Below the pieces are notes generated by a model that saw only the letters and a list, made by a program, of their open reading frames with translations, did not search any database and was not told the origin of the DNA. From Balanoglossus misakiensis (lineage: Eukaryota > Animalia > Hemichordata), in the NCBI GenBank assembly GCA_040954595.2, contig CM082583.2, positions 156,542 to 220,541 on the forward strand: a stretch of DNA of 64,000 nt, read 5' to 3'. The position numbers were made by a program, and so were the translations under genes. Below, piece after piece: positions 41,301 through 51,700 of the stretch. Position 1 is the stretch's first letter, and each line of letters opens with the position of its first letter.

Positions 41301-42552
41301 AACGAACTCCCCCATCACGTTTTCTCACTAGTACTGGAGCAGAAGCCCACTCGGAAATAGAAGGTTGGATAACCCCTGCATCTAGCATCTTTTGAAGATG
41401 TGCCTCTTCTTCCTGCGCAAAACACATGGGTGTCCGGCGCATCCGCTGTTTGACTGGCTTGGAATCACCGGTGTCGATCTGATGTTGAATGGTGGTGAAG
41501 TTCCCCAGATCAAATTCGGTTTTGGCAAACACATCTTCATACTCGATAAGTAGATCTTGCACTCGAGCTTTTTCTTCATCTCGTAGATGGATGCCAGACC
41601 TCTCCAAGAGATCATGAAGATGTACAGGGATTTCGTCCTTCTCTGATTCTCCGTTCCTTTCCTTGGATTCGACAGGTTGAAGTGAAACAGCCCCTACCTC
41701 TACCGCATGAGCGATGACCTTGCCTCTTCGAAGGGTCACAAACTCATCAGTAGGGTTGACTATGCAAACTTTAGGTGTCTGTCCTCCTGAATGGAGTGTA
41801 CGTGGTATCATTACCAGTAGATCTTCTGTTGATTCAACCACATACTCAGACATGGAGTCCCGCATAGCACATGGCAGTCTAATTACAGTATTTGGTGGGA
41901 TCCTTACCCTATGCAAGAGAGAGACTTTTGCAATCTTGGGTTCCCCTATTACTGTACCAAACTGCAAGGGTATTATTTCATCCTCAATCCGAAGAATGTT
42001 GTTGAGTAAATCTAGATGGACCCCATGAGACCTAACAAAGTCGATGCCTAGGAGCATTTCGTCCTCAATGGGAGCCACATAGACTCGCTCCGAGTGTAGA
42101 CCTTTTCCCAATCGGATGTCAACTGGACCCACCAAAAACCCCTTCATCTTCAGCTCCCTTCCGGCAGTTTGGAAGGTCACTTGGTTAATAATGGGCGGTT
42201 TAACATCTAACTGGTCAAAGAACTTATCAGAAATGATAGTTACTTCCGAAGCGGTATCAATTATCGCTTGGGTATCATGTCCTTGTATCCGAAGTGGAAC
42301 GCGGTACATTTTACCGGAACGCAATTGACAAATAGTTAACAATTCATGTGAATCGTTAACCCCATCTACGGAAGACAACGCAATGTTACCGTCTCCTACC
42401 ACCCTCAAAACGTGGCGCTCCTTCCGAGTTACCTCTAGAGGAAACACCCCGCTCTTTTGGATGGATGAAGGGATAACATCCCTATGATGGTGGTGGCCTG
42501 TCGATCTGGGGGTCACCTCCAGGCCTAATCGGTGGACCCCTTCCCGTTTGGG
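38317..42552 (-). CDS. pol: Pol polyprotein (protease, RT, RNase H, integrase, C-terminal PHD finger), expressed as Gag-Pol via -1 frameshift
   Basis: About 1400 codons without a stop. Protease IIDTASEVTI; RT LDANSAYWQ, MPFGLCNAPATF, FIDD; RNase H DTDAS, ELLAVV, TDHSSL; IN HHCC (HNIPAAGH...CSVC), DDE core (HLDFLG, TDQG, VERANR), GPY/F-like WKGPG; terminal C4HC3 PHD. Confidence 0.97.
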   Translation of the reverse strand, partial: PKREGVHRLGLEVTPRSTGHHHHRDVIPSSIQKSGVFPLEVTRKERHVLRVVGDGNIALSSVDGVNDSHELLTICQLRSGKMYRVPLRIQGHDTQAIIDTASEVTIISDKFFDQLDVKPPIINQVTFQTAGRELKMKGFLVGPVDIRLGKGLHSERVYVAPIEDEMLLGIDFVRSHGVHLDLLNNILRIEDEIIPLQFGTVIGEPKIAKVSLLHRVRIPPNTVIRLPCAMRDSMSEYVVESTEDLLVMIPRTLHSGGQTPKVCIVNPTDEFVTLRRGKVIAHAVEVGAVSLQPVESKERNGESEKDEIPVHLHDLLERSGIHLRDEEKARVQDLLIEYEDVFAKTEFDLGNFTTIQHQIDTGDSKPVKQRMRRTPMCFAQEEEAHLQKMLDAGVIQPSISEWASAPVLVRKRDGGVRWCVDYRALNDHTTKDVYPLPLIEECLDTLAGQTWFSKLDANSAYWQIRIKEEDQKETAFTTKYGLFEFNRMPFGLCNAPATFSRVINLVLRGLTWDIVLAFIDDILVLGTSFDNHLTYLRKVFDRLRHYQLKLKPKKCDLFQREVVFLGRIIRNGNVELDKSSIRAVKDWPVPKNTKDVEKFLGLANYHRAFIKDFANTAVPLYGVTGKRAFIWGQEQQQAFDTLKEALLSAPVLALPSNTDPFILDTDASDFAIGAELLQLQNGEEKVISYGSYALTPEQRRYCTTRKELLAVVRFTRQYRHFLLGNQFTIRTDHSSLVWLLRFKDPQGQLARWLEELSQYNMTVQHRPGKKHSNADALSRQPHGEVCCDFSIEVRPGNLPCGGCYYCTRAHDNWARFTSDVDDVVPLVSFPYQGKDTESTLKVAQLQVTNQFPKWPWESDFICWDPLSPEDGTISDLDTMYPSVEIIKTVSSPKCCVVTRFHQDTQGSTFLGYTTKEIGQAQQQDADLIFLWPWLTSKVEPSSNEIFLSSPAAKYYWINRDIFFIENGTIWRKLDDSVTLVVPRSLQLEVMELNHNIPAAGHQGITRTQAKLREKYFWYGMSRDINRFITSCSVCATSKKPVRRSRFPLTKFHAGAPMERVHLDFLGPLPQTGRGNECVLVMVDQFTKWVECIPLPSQTAEITAHAAVENFFSRFGYPFEICTDQGANFESKLFSAICDVLHIHKTRTTPYRPSANGQVERANRSIMDAVRCFVDKTQRNWDVYLSQIAGALRSCINRHTGFTPNKLMLGREVNQPSDLVFGLSSVKGKDPQDHVCELESAIKLAHEIARTKLQSTQEVMKRNYDLRVNLYSYEVGNCVYMLESAVGKGKSRKLSRPWKGPGIIINKLTPYLYKVKFQRAIVTAHHDRLKLCRSRDLPQWVMRYQENLKRHSTGKAEIADVSSTLYCVCRKPYRGEFMIQCDACSEWYHGHCVGVTTRDARRISVYTCPACS
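42495..42552 (-). promoter_or_regulatory. -1 programmed ribosomal frameshift signal (slippery heptamer plus predicted H-type pseudoknot)
   Basis: C CCA AAC in the gag frame (42552-42546), 5-nt spacer, stem 1 GGGGTC(C)ACC/GGTGACCCC, stem 2 GGCCTG/CAGGCC; pol is in the -1 frame and open from this point. Confidence 0.85.
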
Positions 42553-44555
42553 GGTTCCGAAAAGGATACCCTACGCTCTGGGGAGGTGAAGCGACGTGAA
42601 GGTGAGGCAGTGCAGTCCCGTTGAAAATGTCCAGGTTTTCCGCAGCGGTAGCAGTTGGACCTACTGGGAGAAGGAGATCTTGATCGTGCACTAACCAAAC
42701 CCTCAAGTTGAAGAGCCATCTTATTTAAGGTAGATGTAAGGTCCGTTAGGTGGCGCTCCATTCGTGACATCCGTCGCTCCAGTTCACCAATGGGGGAGGC
42801 CTGCTTTGACGTCCCTGGAGGGGTGGTAGACACGGCTTTTACCTCAATAGCTTCCTCCCCGGTCTGAGGAGAATCCTGGCCTACATACCGAACCCGAGGT
42901 GGTGGTGGTCGGTCAAAAATGGCTCGGCGATTGTATTGATGCCATTTTATTAGGTTGATAGCCTGTTCCATCGACCGAGGGTAGTTATTGGCGGCATACT
43001 GCCCAGCGTGCTTGTCAATACACCCCTGACAAAAACGTAAAACAGCCTGTTCCATCATAAACGAATCGGATACTCTGCTGTATGCGTTGGTAGCTACAGT
43101 TAGGATCCTATCAGCCCATTTGTTCAGAGGCTCGTTGGGTTCCTGTTTCTGTTGCAGGAAATCCAAATGGGCTGTCTCTGGCAGTTCTTTATAACCAAAG
43201 CGTTGCTCCAGTTTGAGCAACAGATCCATGTAACGAATATTCGGTTCGTTCTCCAGAATGATGGTGTAACAGTCCCCAGCTTCTCCATCCAGACACCAGC
43301 ACAGTTGTTCACGTCGTACATCGGCTGACCAACCCTGGGAAGTTGCATATTTGGAAAATCTCATGACAAAGGATTTCCAACTTCCCTCCCCATTAAAATA
43401 CAGATTTTTGGGGAAATGCCGGGGTTGGATAGCGTCTGCCCCCTGATGTCTTGGTGCATGGACTCTTGGAAGGGTATTTTCGGAATGAACATTCTGTCTT
43501 GAAGATGTTCCAGCAAGCATGCCTGGTGTCAACCCATATGCCCGGTCACCCGCTCCAAAGTGCTGCGAAGTTGCAGACGGAACATTCATAGGCGGATTAG
43601 CTGTTCTATCCAATGAATGTAGACCCTGGGTGAATATATGCGGTGCACTGCCATGCACAGATGATGATGGCATTCCAGGGTGAGCTATAGGATGACCAGT
43701 ATAGGATTGCGCCACCATCGGTGGTAGGGTGACAGGAAAATACCCACCCAACGATGGAACAAAATGCCACTGGACAGAGGAGGTTTGTGGGCCAGACCGC
43801 TCTCCACAATACGGAACCGATGGTGGAACACCCCGGGGGTGTCCAGTCACAGGCACCGATTGCTGAAAAGCAGAAGGGGTCACAACAGTTCCTGGTGCAG
43901 CTGGAACAGGTGATTGCGAACGAGAATGTGACCATGGGGTATTAACCACCGGAGCTGATTGTCGTGCATAAGTGGGCAGCGCAGAGGTCGTCATCGTTTC
44001 CATCGGTGGAGTGCTGCCGGTGACTTGTGGTGTACGCAGTGATCTTCTAGGAACCGTTCCGGATGCTGGAGTGAACGCGACGGATGGTGCAGCAATTGCA
44101 GACCCTGGTGGGACCATGACCGCTGGGCCCGCGCACGCAAAATCATCATCAAATGACATCTGTCCAACATCCGACCCAGGACCATCCAGACCACGCACAA
44201 CACTCCTTGATGACGGTGGCATGGATAACTCATCAATCTTCTTTACCACGTTATCGATGGTAGGATCCCTCCGCGATGACCTTGGGGTTGCTGGAGGTTC
44301 GGGCAGCTTAGCCGGTGAAACCATGAAGCTTGCATCCTCCAATTCCACATCGGATGGCGGCCCGAACGGTGAAAAATCGACACGAGCCTTGAAATCTTCC
44401 GAGATGCTGATGTGGGGCAGGGCCATAACATGTTCCCATGTAAGGTTTCCCATCCGTTCTCGTTCAGTTAGCAAGGTTTTGGCCGATGCTCTTCCAATCC
44501 CATAGATGGTAATCAACTCATCCAAAGTACAGTGGTTAATGTACACCTTAGCCAT
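42525..44555 (-). CDS. gag: Gag with N-terminal HhH motif, Pro/Ser-rich linker, capsid-like region and CCHC zinc knuckle
   Basis: Intact ORF (first ATG at 44555, TAG at 42525-42527). Knuckle CYRCGKPGHFQRDC; capsid-like FNGEGSWKSF...LEQRFG...QEPNEPLNKWADRI; N-terminal KVYINHCTLDELITIYGIGRASAKTLL. Confidence 0.93.
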   Translation of the reverse strand: MAKVYINHCTLDELITIYGIGRASAKTLLTERERMGNLTWEHVMALPHISISEDFKARVDFSPFGPPSDVELEDASFMVSPAKLPEPPATPRSSRRDPTIDNVVKKIDELSMPPSSRSVVRGLDGPGSDVGQMSFDDDFACAGPAVMVPPGSAIAAPSVAFTPASGTVPRRSLRTPQVTGSTPPMETMTTSALPTYARQSAPVVNTPWSHSRSQSPVPAAPGTVVTPSAFQQSVPVTGHPRGVPPSVPYCGERSGPQTSSVQWHFVPSLGGYFPVTLPPMVAQSYTGHPIAHPGMPSSSVHGSAPHIFTQGLHSLDRTANPPMNVPSATSQHFGAGDRAYGLTPGMLAGTSSRQNVHSENTLPRVHAPRHQGADAIQPRHFPKNLYFNGEGSWKSFVMRFSKYATSQGWSADVRREQLCWCLDGEAGDCYTIILENEPNIRYMDLLLKLEQRFGYKELPETAHLDFLQQKQEPNEPLNKWADRILTVATNAYSRVSDSFMMEQAVLRFCQGCIDKHAGQYAANNYPRSMEQAINLIKWHQYNRRAIFDRPPPPRVRYVGQDSPQTGEEAIEVKAVSTTPPGTSKQASPIGELERRMSRMERHLTDLTSTLNKMALQLEGLVSARSRSPSPSRSNCYRCGKPGHFQRDCTASPSRRFTSPERRVSFSEPPNGKGSTD

Positions 44556-45843
44556 TGTCACAGTTCACAATCTTAATTTACACAAGCCTTGGATGCAAAA
44601 ACTTGAGCAAATTAAATTACCCTCTGATATGTTTAAACAAATCTAGAAATCTTCTTTAAACTTGAGAAAACTATCAGTTAATAGATTTACACAAGTCTAA
44701 CTAGTAAACTTGGAAAATCTATATGTTACTAACTGAATTCAATCTAAATTTAGACAAGTCGCCAAAAAGCCAAGAAATTCGGAAAAATCAAGCGAAGTGT
44801 CACTATGCAATCACACAAGCCACAGATTTCTCCACGAACTTGAATAAAGTGACGACACAGATCTAAATCCCCAATTCTAATCAATTTCAAAGCTTCTCAA
44901 AAACTTGAAGAAACTCGATAAATTCAGTACAGGGAAAAGGGACAAGTGCTGTTTTTCTCGTGGGAAGACTTTTTTTTCAAAAAGGCCGAAACAATTGCAC
45001 AGAAAAAATTCCTACACTCTTGGATACAAGCACGAATTGCAGGACCCTAACAGTGGTAGAAATCTCCTGAATCCTTGCAGTAATTGTGATAGGCGATCAC
45101 CCACTTTCAGGATGACCACAAATTATCACTACTGCAATATTACCCAAATGACCCACAAGGAAAATGCTCTCAGTGATAGAAGAAATTATTGACCTGTTAT
45201 ATTTGTTGGTCGTTTTTTTTTTTTTTCTTTTTGTACTGGAAATATCTAAGCTATCCCAGAAATATGCAACAATAACGAAGATATCCAGTAACAACAGAGT
45301 CAACGCTTCAAACTAAAATTCAAATAACCAGGTGGTAGGTAAATTTGCACAAGAATGCTCGAATTCCCGCGTCAAACGCTATTCAAAGAAAAATTCCCGC
45401 TCCACAAATGTTATGCAATCTCTCAGCGAAATGCTTTCAAAAATAATCCCGACAAAAATGCAGTAAATAATCCACACAAATGCCGACACAGGAAGATTTA
45501 ATTCAACAAAACGCATGAAAAACTACACACAAACGCTGCACCGGAAAGTTCTAGGTTTCACGAATGACAAGAATTCCCAAACTCAAGTACAAAAAAACCC
45601 GAAACTAAATAAGCAAATTCCCGCACACACTTTCACTTCCAACACAATTACTTGAGATCCTTTGGTGATACGGAAAATCTGCTCACTCAGGTAAAGCACA
45701 CAAGCTACTCAAATTCACCGATGAGCACCAGTACAAAAACACCACAGTCTCCGGGTAATTTTTTTTTTTCTTTTACTTTTTCCGCCCGAAAACAATGAGT
45801 CTTGTACTTACCCACTCCCCTCAAAAATTTCACAGGGAAGAAG

Positions 45844-45858
45844 TTGCTCGCAGCGCCA
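45844..45858 (-). other. Primer binding site, probably tRNA-Ser
   Basis: Minus strand TGGCGCTGCGAGCAA begins 1 nt after the 5' LTR; it is complementary to a tRNA 3' end ...TGCTCGCAGCG-CCA, resembling eukaryotic tRNA-Ser acceptor stems. Confidence 0.8.
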
Positions 45859-45859
45859 A

Positions 45860-46154
45860 TGTAGCGTTTTCCCCAACTTCAACGCCACGGAAAGGTTTCC
45901 CTAGTCAATGCCCGTAACGCATACTCACCTAGTTGAGTGCGTGCAGGCGGTCCGGGTCCAGAACAAGTAGAGCGTGTAGCACCAGACCATGGACGAGACG
46001 AGAGAGAACCCCGACTTCCGGTCCCACGGATATATATATAACCTTCACGGGGTCACGTGACAGGTCACATAAGGGTCACCACCTAATCAGCATTTCCACA
46101 GGAATCTCCAGGCACTGGTATACTCCAGGTGAGGTTTTCTCCAGAAATACCACA
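45860..46154 (-). repeat. 5' LTR (295 bp)
   Basis: Direct repeat of 35239-35533 with one mismatch (G at 45866 vs A at 35245); followed on the minus strand by the PBS. Confidence 0.97.
46014..46078 (-). promoter_or_regulatory. Putative LTR promoter: nuclear-receptor half-sites, E-box palindrome, TATA, ETS-like site
   Basis: Plus strand GGGTCA-cgtgac-AGGTCA-cataa-GGGTCA (46050-46078) containing GTCACGTGAC; TATATATATA at 46031-46040; CCGGAAGT (minus) at 46014-46021. Confidence 0.55.
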
Positions 46155-47051
46155 GCACAACAACTGACATCATATTTGACTACCAACTCACTACAAGAAC
46201 CACTGCAGTCAGCGTACCGAAAGGATCACAGTACCGAAACAGCACTTACTAAAGTCAACAACGATATTTGTATGGCACTGGATGCCGGTAAATGTGTACT
46301 CATGGTTCTCCTTGATCTCTCCTCTGTGTTTGATACCATAGATCACGACACAATCATCTCAAGGTTATCAAAACTGGGCATCACCAACATCGCACTACAA
46401 TGGTTCTCATCATATCTTAAGAACAGACAGCAGTTTGTATGGCACAATGTCAGAACCTCAATATCTACAATATGGAGTACCACACGGTTCAGTGCTTGGC
46501 CCACTTTTGTTCTGCAGCTACATCCAACCACTTGCTCAACTTATTTGTCACCACAACATCAATTTTCACCAATATGCCGATGACAACCAACTATACCAAT
46601 ATTTCTTCCAGTTAGACACCATAAGTACATTAGACAAGATGGAAAGGGCAGTTCACGAAATAAAAACCTGGATGACACATAATAAACTTCAACTCAATGG
46701 TGGCAAACCCGAGGTACTCCTGATAAGGTCTCAGTTCAACCGCTCGCCTCGTCCCATAAACCACATGAGCATTGGATCATGTTGTGTTCAAATTGTGAAT
46801 TCTGCACGGAATATAGGTGTGACATTCGACGACAATTACACTTTCAATAAGCACATTAATGCAATTTGCAAGTCAATTTTCTTCCATCTGCGTCAAATCA
46901 GCCACATTCGCCGTTACCTCACTAAGGAAGTTTGCCAGATGCTGGTTCATGCTCTAATCACATCAAAACTGGACTACTGCAATGCAATACTCTGTGGTTT
47001 ACCATCATCTTGCATTCAACCGCTACAGCATGCCCTGAATTCTGCAGCCAC
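46155..47051 (+). mobile_element. Decayed L2/CR1-group LINE, copy 3, RT part downstream of the LTR insertion
   Basis: Resumes exactly after the TSD; YADD motif present. Confidence 0.92.
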
Positions 47052-47560
47052 CATGGCCTCCTTCACAAAAACCTCACCAGACCCCATAATGCCTCCATCT
47101 CTTACACCACACCATATACCCACCACAAATCCTAGCCATCACCCAACCTATCATAGCCCAAACAATCCAAACCCAATCAAAATTGACCCTAGCCCCACTT
47201 ATCAAGCCATCAATGCTCAACGGCAACCCAAATAACACTTAACTTAAAGATTGGCATAAATCCAAACTCATACCACTGCCACCCCAAATATACAACACAA
47301 AGACTCAATCACGAACCAATACCTACCATTTGTAGCAAATACACGACCAAAGATTTGATCCCATCTATCATCCATATGTCATCAGAAAGTTGGGACGATG
47401 AGCAATGGGGCAGAGACTGATCATCAAAAATTTGAGACAGGGAATTCCAACAAATGAGATCATTAAGTTAAATATGCAAAGCAAATCAGAAAAGAGAATC
47501 AGAAGATTTTCTCCGAAGGACACCTTGCAAATTCATGATTGGAAAGACACTGCAGTCACA

Positions 47561-48751
47561 TGTATATTGTAGTGTCCAAACACTAGTGAGCATCTATACT
47601 TTATACATTCTGTAAAATGACGTAATGCAACATTCGGGTCATTATGAATAAAGTGCGTGAATGAGGCTAGGCACTCTCACTCTTACATGCCGGACTTGGT
47701 GTCTCATGTTGTCATTATTGCCCACCCACGATTCTATATTTGGCGACGAGGACGGAGAACATGGAGAATCAGCTAGCCGTCAATGCCGAGTTTTCCTGTT
47801 CATTCAGACCCGACAACCACCAGTACGAGATGGAAAAAGTACATGGTTAGAGTAGAAAACGCATTTGTCGCATTCAACATTACAGATGACAAGCGACAAC
47901 GTGCACTGCTATTGCACTGGGCAGGTGAGGAAGTTTCCGACTTCTTTGATACTCTACCAGATACAGGAACGAGCTGTGAAACAGCCAAATTAAAGCTTAC
48001 GTCGTACTTCTCACCCAAACGGAACATTGAATACGAACGATTCATCTTCAGAGACACCATACAAAACAACGGCGAATCGATTGATGCCTATCACACTTGT
48101 TTGCAACGCCTAGCAGAAACATATGTGACTTCACCAATAAGGATCAAGAGGTCAAATCACAAATCATACGAGGATTCACATCAGCCCGTCTCAGACGTCG
48201 TGCTCTTTGGGAGGAGACGACACTAGAGAATCTACTGAGTACAGCCCGTTCATTTGAGGTATCAGAGGTTCAGGCTAGTGGGATTGAGGAGAAACCCCAT
48301 AATAATGGTGCAGACACGGCATCTGTGAATGCGGTCAGAAAACAGCGCCATCAACGCCCGAAACCAAATAAACAAAAGAGAGCTCATCAGCAGCCAGCGA
48401 AAGGACCGTCCACTTGTTATTATTGTGGTGGCACCTATCCACATGACTCAGTATGTCCAGCTAAAGGCAAGTCATGCAGGAAGTGTGGCAAACCTAACTA
48501 TTTTGCCAAATGCTACCGATCAAAAGGCAAGGCAAATAGGGTAGACAAGGATGAAACTGTCAAAGCTGTGCATAAAGTGGAAGACAGCTCGGGAGATGAA
48601 TACTGCTTCACTGTACAACAATCAAATGGCAGGAGGCCTCAAGTAACAGTGCAGATAGAACAAACAGCAGTTGCCTCACTGATCGACCCTGGTTCTACAA
48701 TAAACATGATGAGTGTAAACACATACAACAACCTAAAGAACAAACCCATGT
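47561..48751 (+). mobile_element. Mag-like Gypsy 5' fragment, copy 3
   Basis: Same as 3160-4350. Confidence 0.85.
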
Positions 48752-51700
48752 GGCAAACAGAAAGCCTGTTTTACCACTGCCAGCAGTGCATTATTGAGTA
48801 TTTTAGCATTGCTGGATTTAGCTCTCGTCCAATCAGAATTGCGGACGGTAGCATGATATAATATAATTGAGAATAAATCTCACGACAAGTGTACAGTTTG
48901 ACAATGTACACAGATAATCCGTTTCAACAATGTTTCCTTTGTAGTGTGAATAAAACTGCACACTTTGCAAGTTTTCAACTTCAAAACACTATGGCTATTA
49001 CAAAGACAAAGCTGCTAATATACAGTGTATACCTGTCATTTTTGTTTGTGGTGAGATTTTCATTGGCACAGTCGCACAGAGCTCACACAAGAGGAAATCA
49101 CACTTTCTGTTGAATTCACTGCATCCTGCTAACTTTAAGTCATATATCCAGTGAAACATTAAGTTATAGAATTTTCCATCGCAGTATTCTGTTTTATATA
49201 CATGTATAGCAGTCCCACACATATTGATTAATTTGACAAAAGAAACTGACTGACAATTTTCACAGCGCTCCCAGTATAGCATCCTTGGCAGGTGCACGTC
49301 AATGCCCCACACGAGGTTAGGGTTGGCAAGTGCTGCCATTTTGACATGGGTTGTTAGCACTGATCAATTCCTACGCATGACAGAAAAATGAAGAATTAGG
49401 CTATGGGCCGGACCTGCCTATCGTTTCAAAACGCACTCTGTATATTAGGGTCTATTTCTTTTACATAAAAACAAGTCTTCTTGCTCTAATATGATAAAAG
49501 AAAAAAACTTCAACTTAAATATTGCGTCCTCAGAGGTAATATCGAGCCCTAAAAATCAGGTATGCTAATGCGGTTAAAGGTCGTGCAGTTCTCCTTATAA
49601 CAAGCGATCTTATTGGTGGTTACGTGACTGCACCAATCACAGAATGCGTTATGTCACTCAGCAATTACACACACAGGGCAAACTATCAGGCAGCTACATG
49701 TATACTAGTATACATGTTACAGAAGATTAAACAGAATTGTTGGTAAGGAAAGTTTGAGCAGACTAGTCCATTCAATGTAAAAAATGGTGCTGATTCCAAA
49801 AAAGTCAGTCTTATTGACCCCTTTCAAGACAAAATTGCCATTTTTGCCACTTTTAACCCAAAAGGTCATTTAAAAAACACTCAAAACACACTGTTTTCAT
49901 CACATTCGGAGATCTGATGACATTTGAGGATTATGCGGAAACAGTGACACACCAGAATAAAAATTACAGGTGACATTTGCAAGCAGATATGATCTGACCA
50001 TATAGAAATATGGAATGTAAAAACATTAACAAGGAACATGCCCAATAAACTATCATGTGTCATGGCAGTCTTACAAGTGGTGCTAGAAAAAAAAATGACC
50101 AAAAATTGTCTGTACAAACACATATGCGAAGCAACTTCTTTCAGTCAGCCCTGGAACAGACACACACTGACCTGCCACTGGTAATTAAAATTTGATAGCT
50201 GGTGGTCTCTGTAACAGCTGGCCTATTTAAGTTATGTAAACATGTCTTTGTTCGAGGTAACAACTCCTTGTAAATAGTAACTTTAAAAACAACTGGACAA
50301 TTTGTTTAGGAAAAGATTTGCTAACCAAAAACTAAGAAACTTACCAAAAAAACTCGCTAAATATTTAATCTTTCTGATCTCAGAATTGAATAAAAGTTGC
50401 ACATATACAGGTATGTGTTATGAAATTATATCCTAAATTTCAAAGCAATCAGAGAAAAAACTAATTTCAAAGCAATCCAACAAGCAGTTTCACAGAAAAT
50501 ATTTGTTCAAAAGTGGCAAAAACACAAATATCACCAAAATTGTACAATATCTTACTTCAATCACTACAAGGAACATGCTGCCTAAGTTCAATGCAATAGG
50601 ACAAGTGGTTTCAGAGAAAACAATTTTTGACAAAAATTGCAAAAGTTTCCCCGATAACACATTTATGCAAATATCTCTTTTTTTTACAACATATTATTTA
50701 GGTTACCCCTACGAACATGCCTACCAAATTGCAAAGCAATCTGGCATGAGGTTTTAAAGAAAAACATTTTTTGACCAAAAATGGCAAATATTGCTCAAAA
50801 TTATAGATATGCAAATTTTGCAACAATTTGAACAAAACTATGGTTCTTTGACAACATTAGGAGGCTTCATACTAAATTTCAAAGACTTTTTACCAATAAC
50901 ATGGAAAAACACAAAAAAATGCAAAAAAAAAAAGGAAATCGATAATATTAGCTCAAACCATACAGGATTGTATGAGGTTGATATAAGGTACATGCATACC
51001 AATTTTCAAATCAATATGACCAGTGGTTGTCCAGTTTTTGAGTTTTGACCAATTTCACATTTTCCCAGCTAATTTGCATATTTTTGGCAATGACATCTTC
51101 ATTTGAACAAACTCCCATCTACAGCCCTGCCTGCATCTACACGCCAAATATCGAGGTCATACGCGCTGCGGTTTTCAAGTTTTTGATGTGGACGGACATA
51201 CAGACATACATCCATCCATCCATCCATACATACAGACGTAACCAATCCCATAAGGTTCCATGGTACATACCAATGGGACCTAAAAACTTGTGACTTACAT
51301 GTAACACATGTTTGCCCAGTGTAGCAGGTTGGACAGTTGCAGGTGTAATTTGAGCAGGAGCCTTGAAGTGGCTGATACACTCCATTATTCAGACATGGGT
51401 TTAGAAGACAATGGTTGATCGCTAAGGGTGAGAGAAATGAAAAGTATCACATTAGGGTCTTACACACTTGAGTGGGAAGTGAAATCTGTAGCAGACTGTC
51501 AGAAGATTGCACATCCGTGTGATCATGTTCATGTGTGAAGGATAATGAAGACCACTTGATCCAAGCTTGGTGCTACCATCTTTATCATAATTACAACATC
51601 TTATAATATTTACTAGTTGGGGGTGGGGTGGGGTGGGGGTGGGGGTAGTTGATGTCATAACTTTCTGATGTTTCAATTTACGGTTGGAAAAATAGCAACA

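Larger units (their letters stand above)
35239..46154 (-). mobile_element. Full-length Ty3/Gypsy LTR retrotransposon (10,916 bp): gag, pol, and an extra ORF3/TatD cassette; inserted into the LINE remnant of array copy 3
   Basis: Two 295-bp LTRs with TG...CA ends. 4-bp TSD GCAC (35235-35238 and 46155-46158). The empty site GATTGTAGCACAACAACTG is intact in copies 1 and 2. Pol order is PR-RT-RH-IN; PBS and PPT are present. Confidence 0.98.

Noticed and set aside
45933-46583. 216-aa ORF fusing LTR and LINE RT sequence
   Set aside because: Chance read-through from the antisense LTR into a dead LINE, with a non-ATG start.
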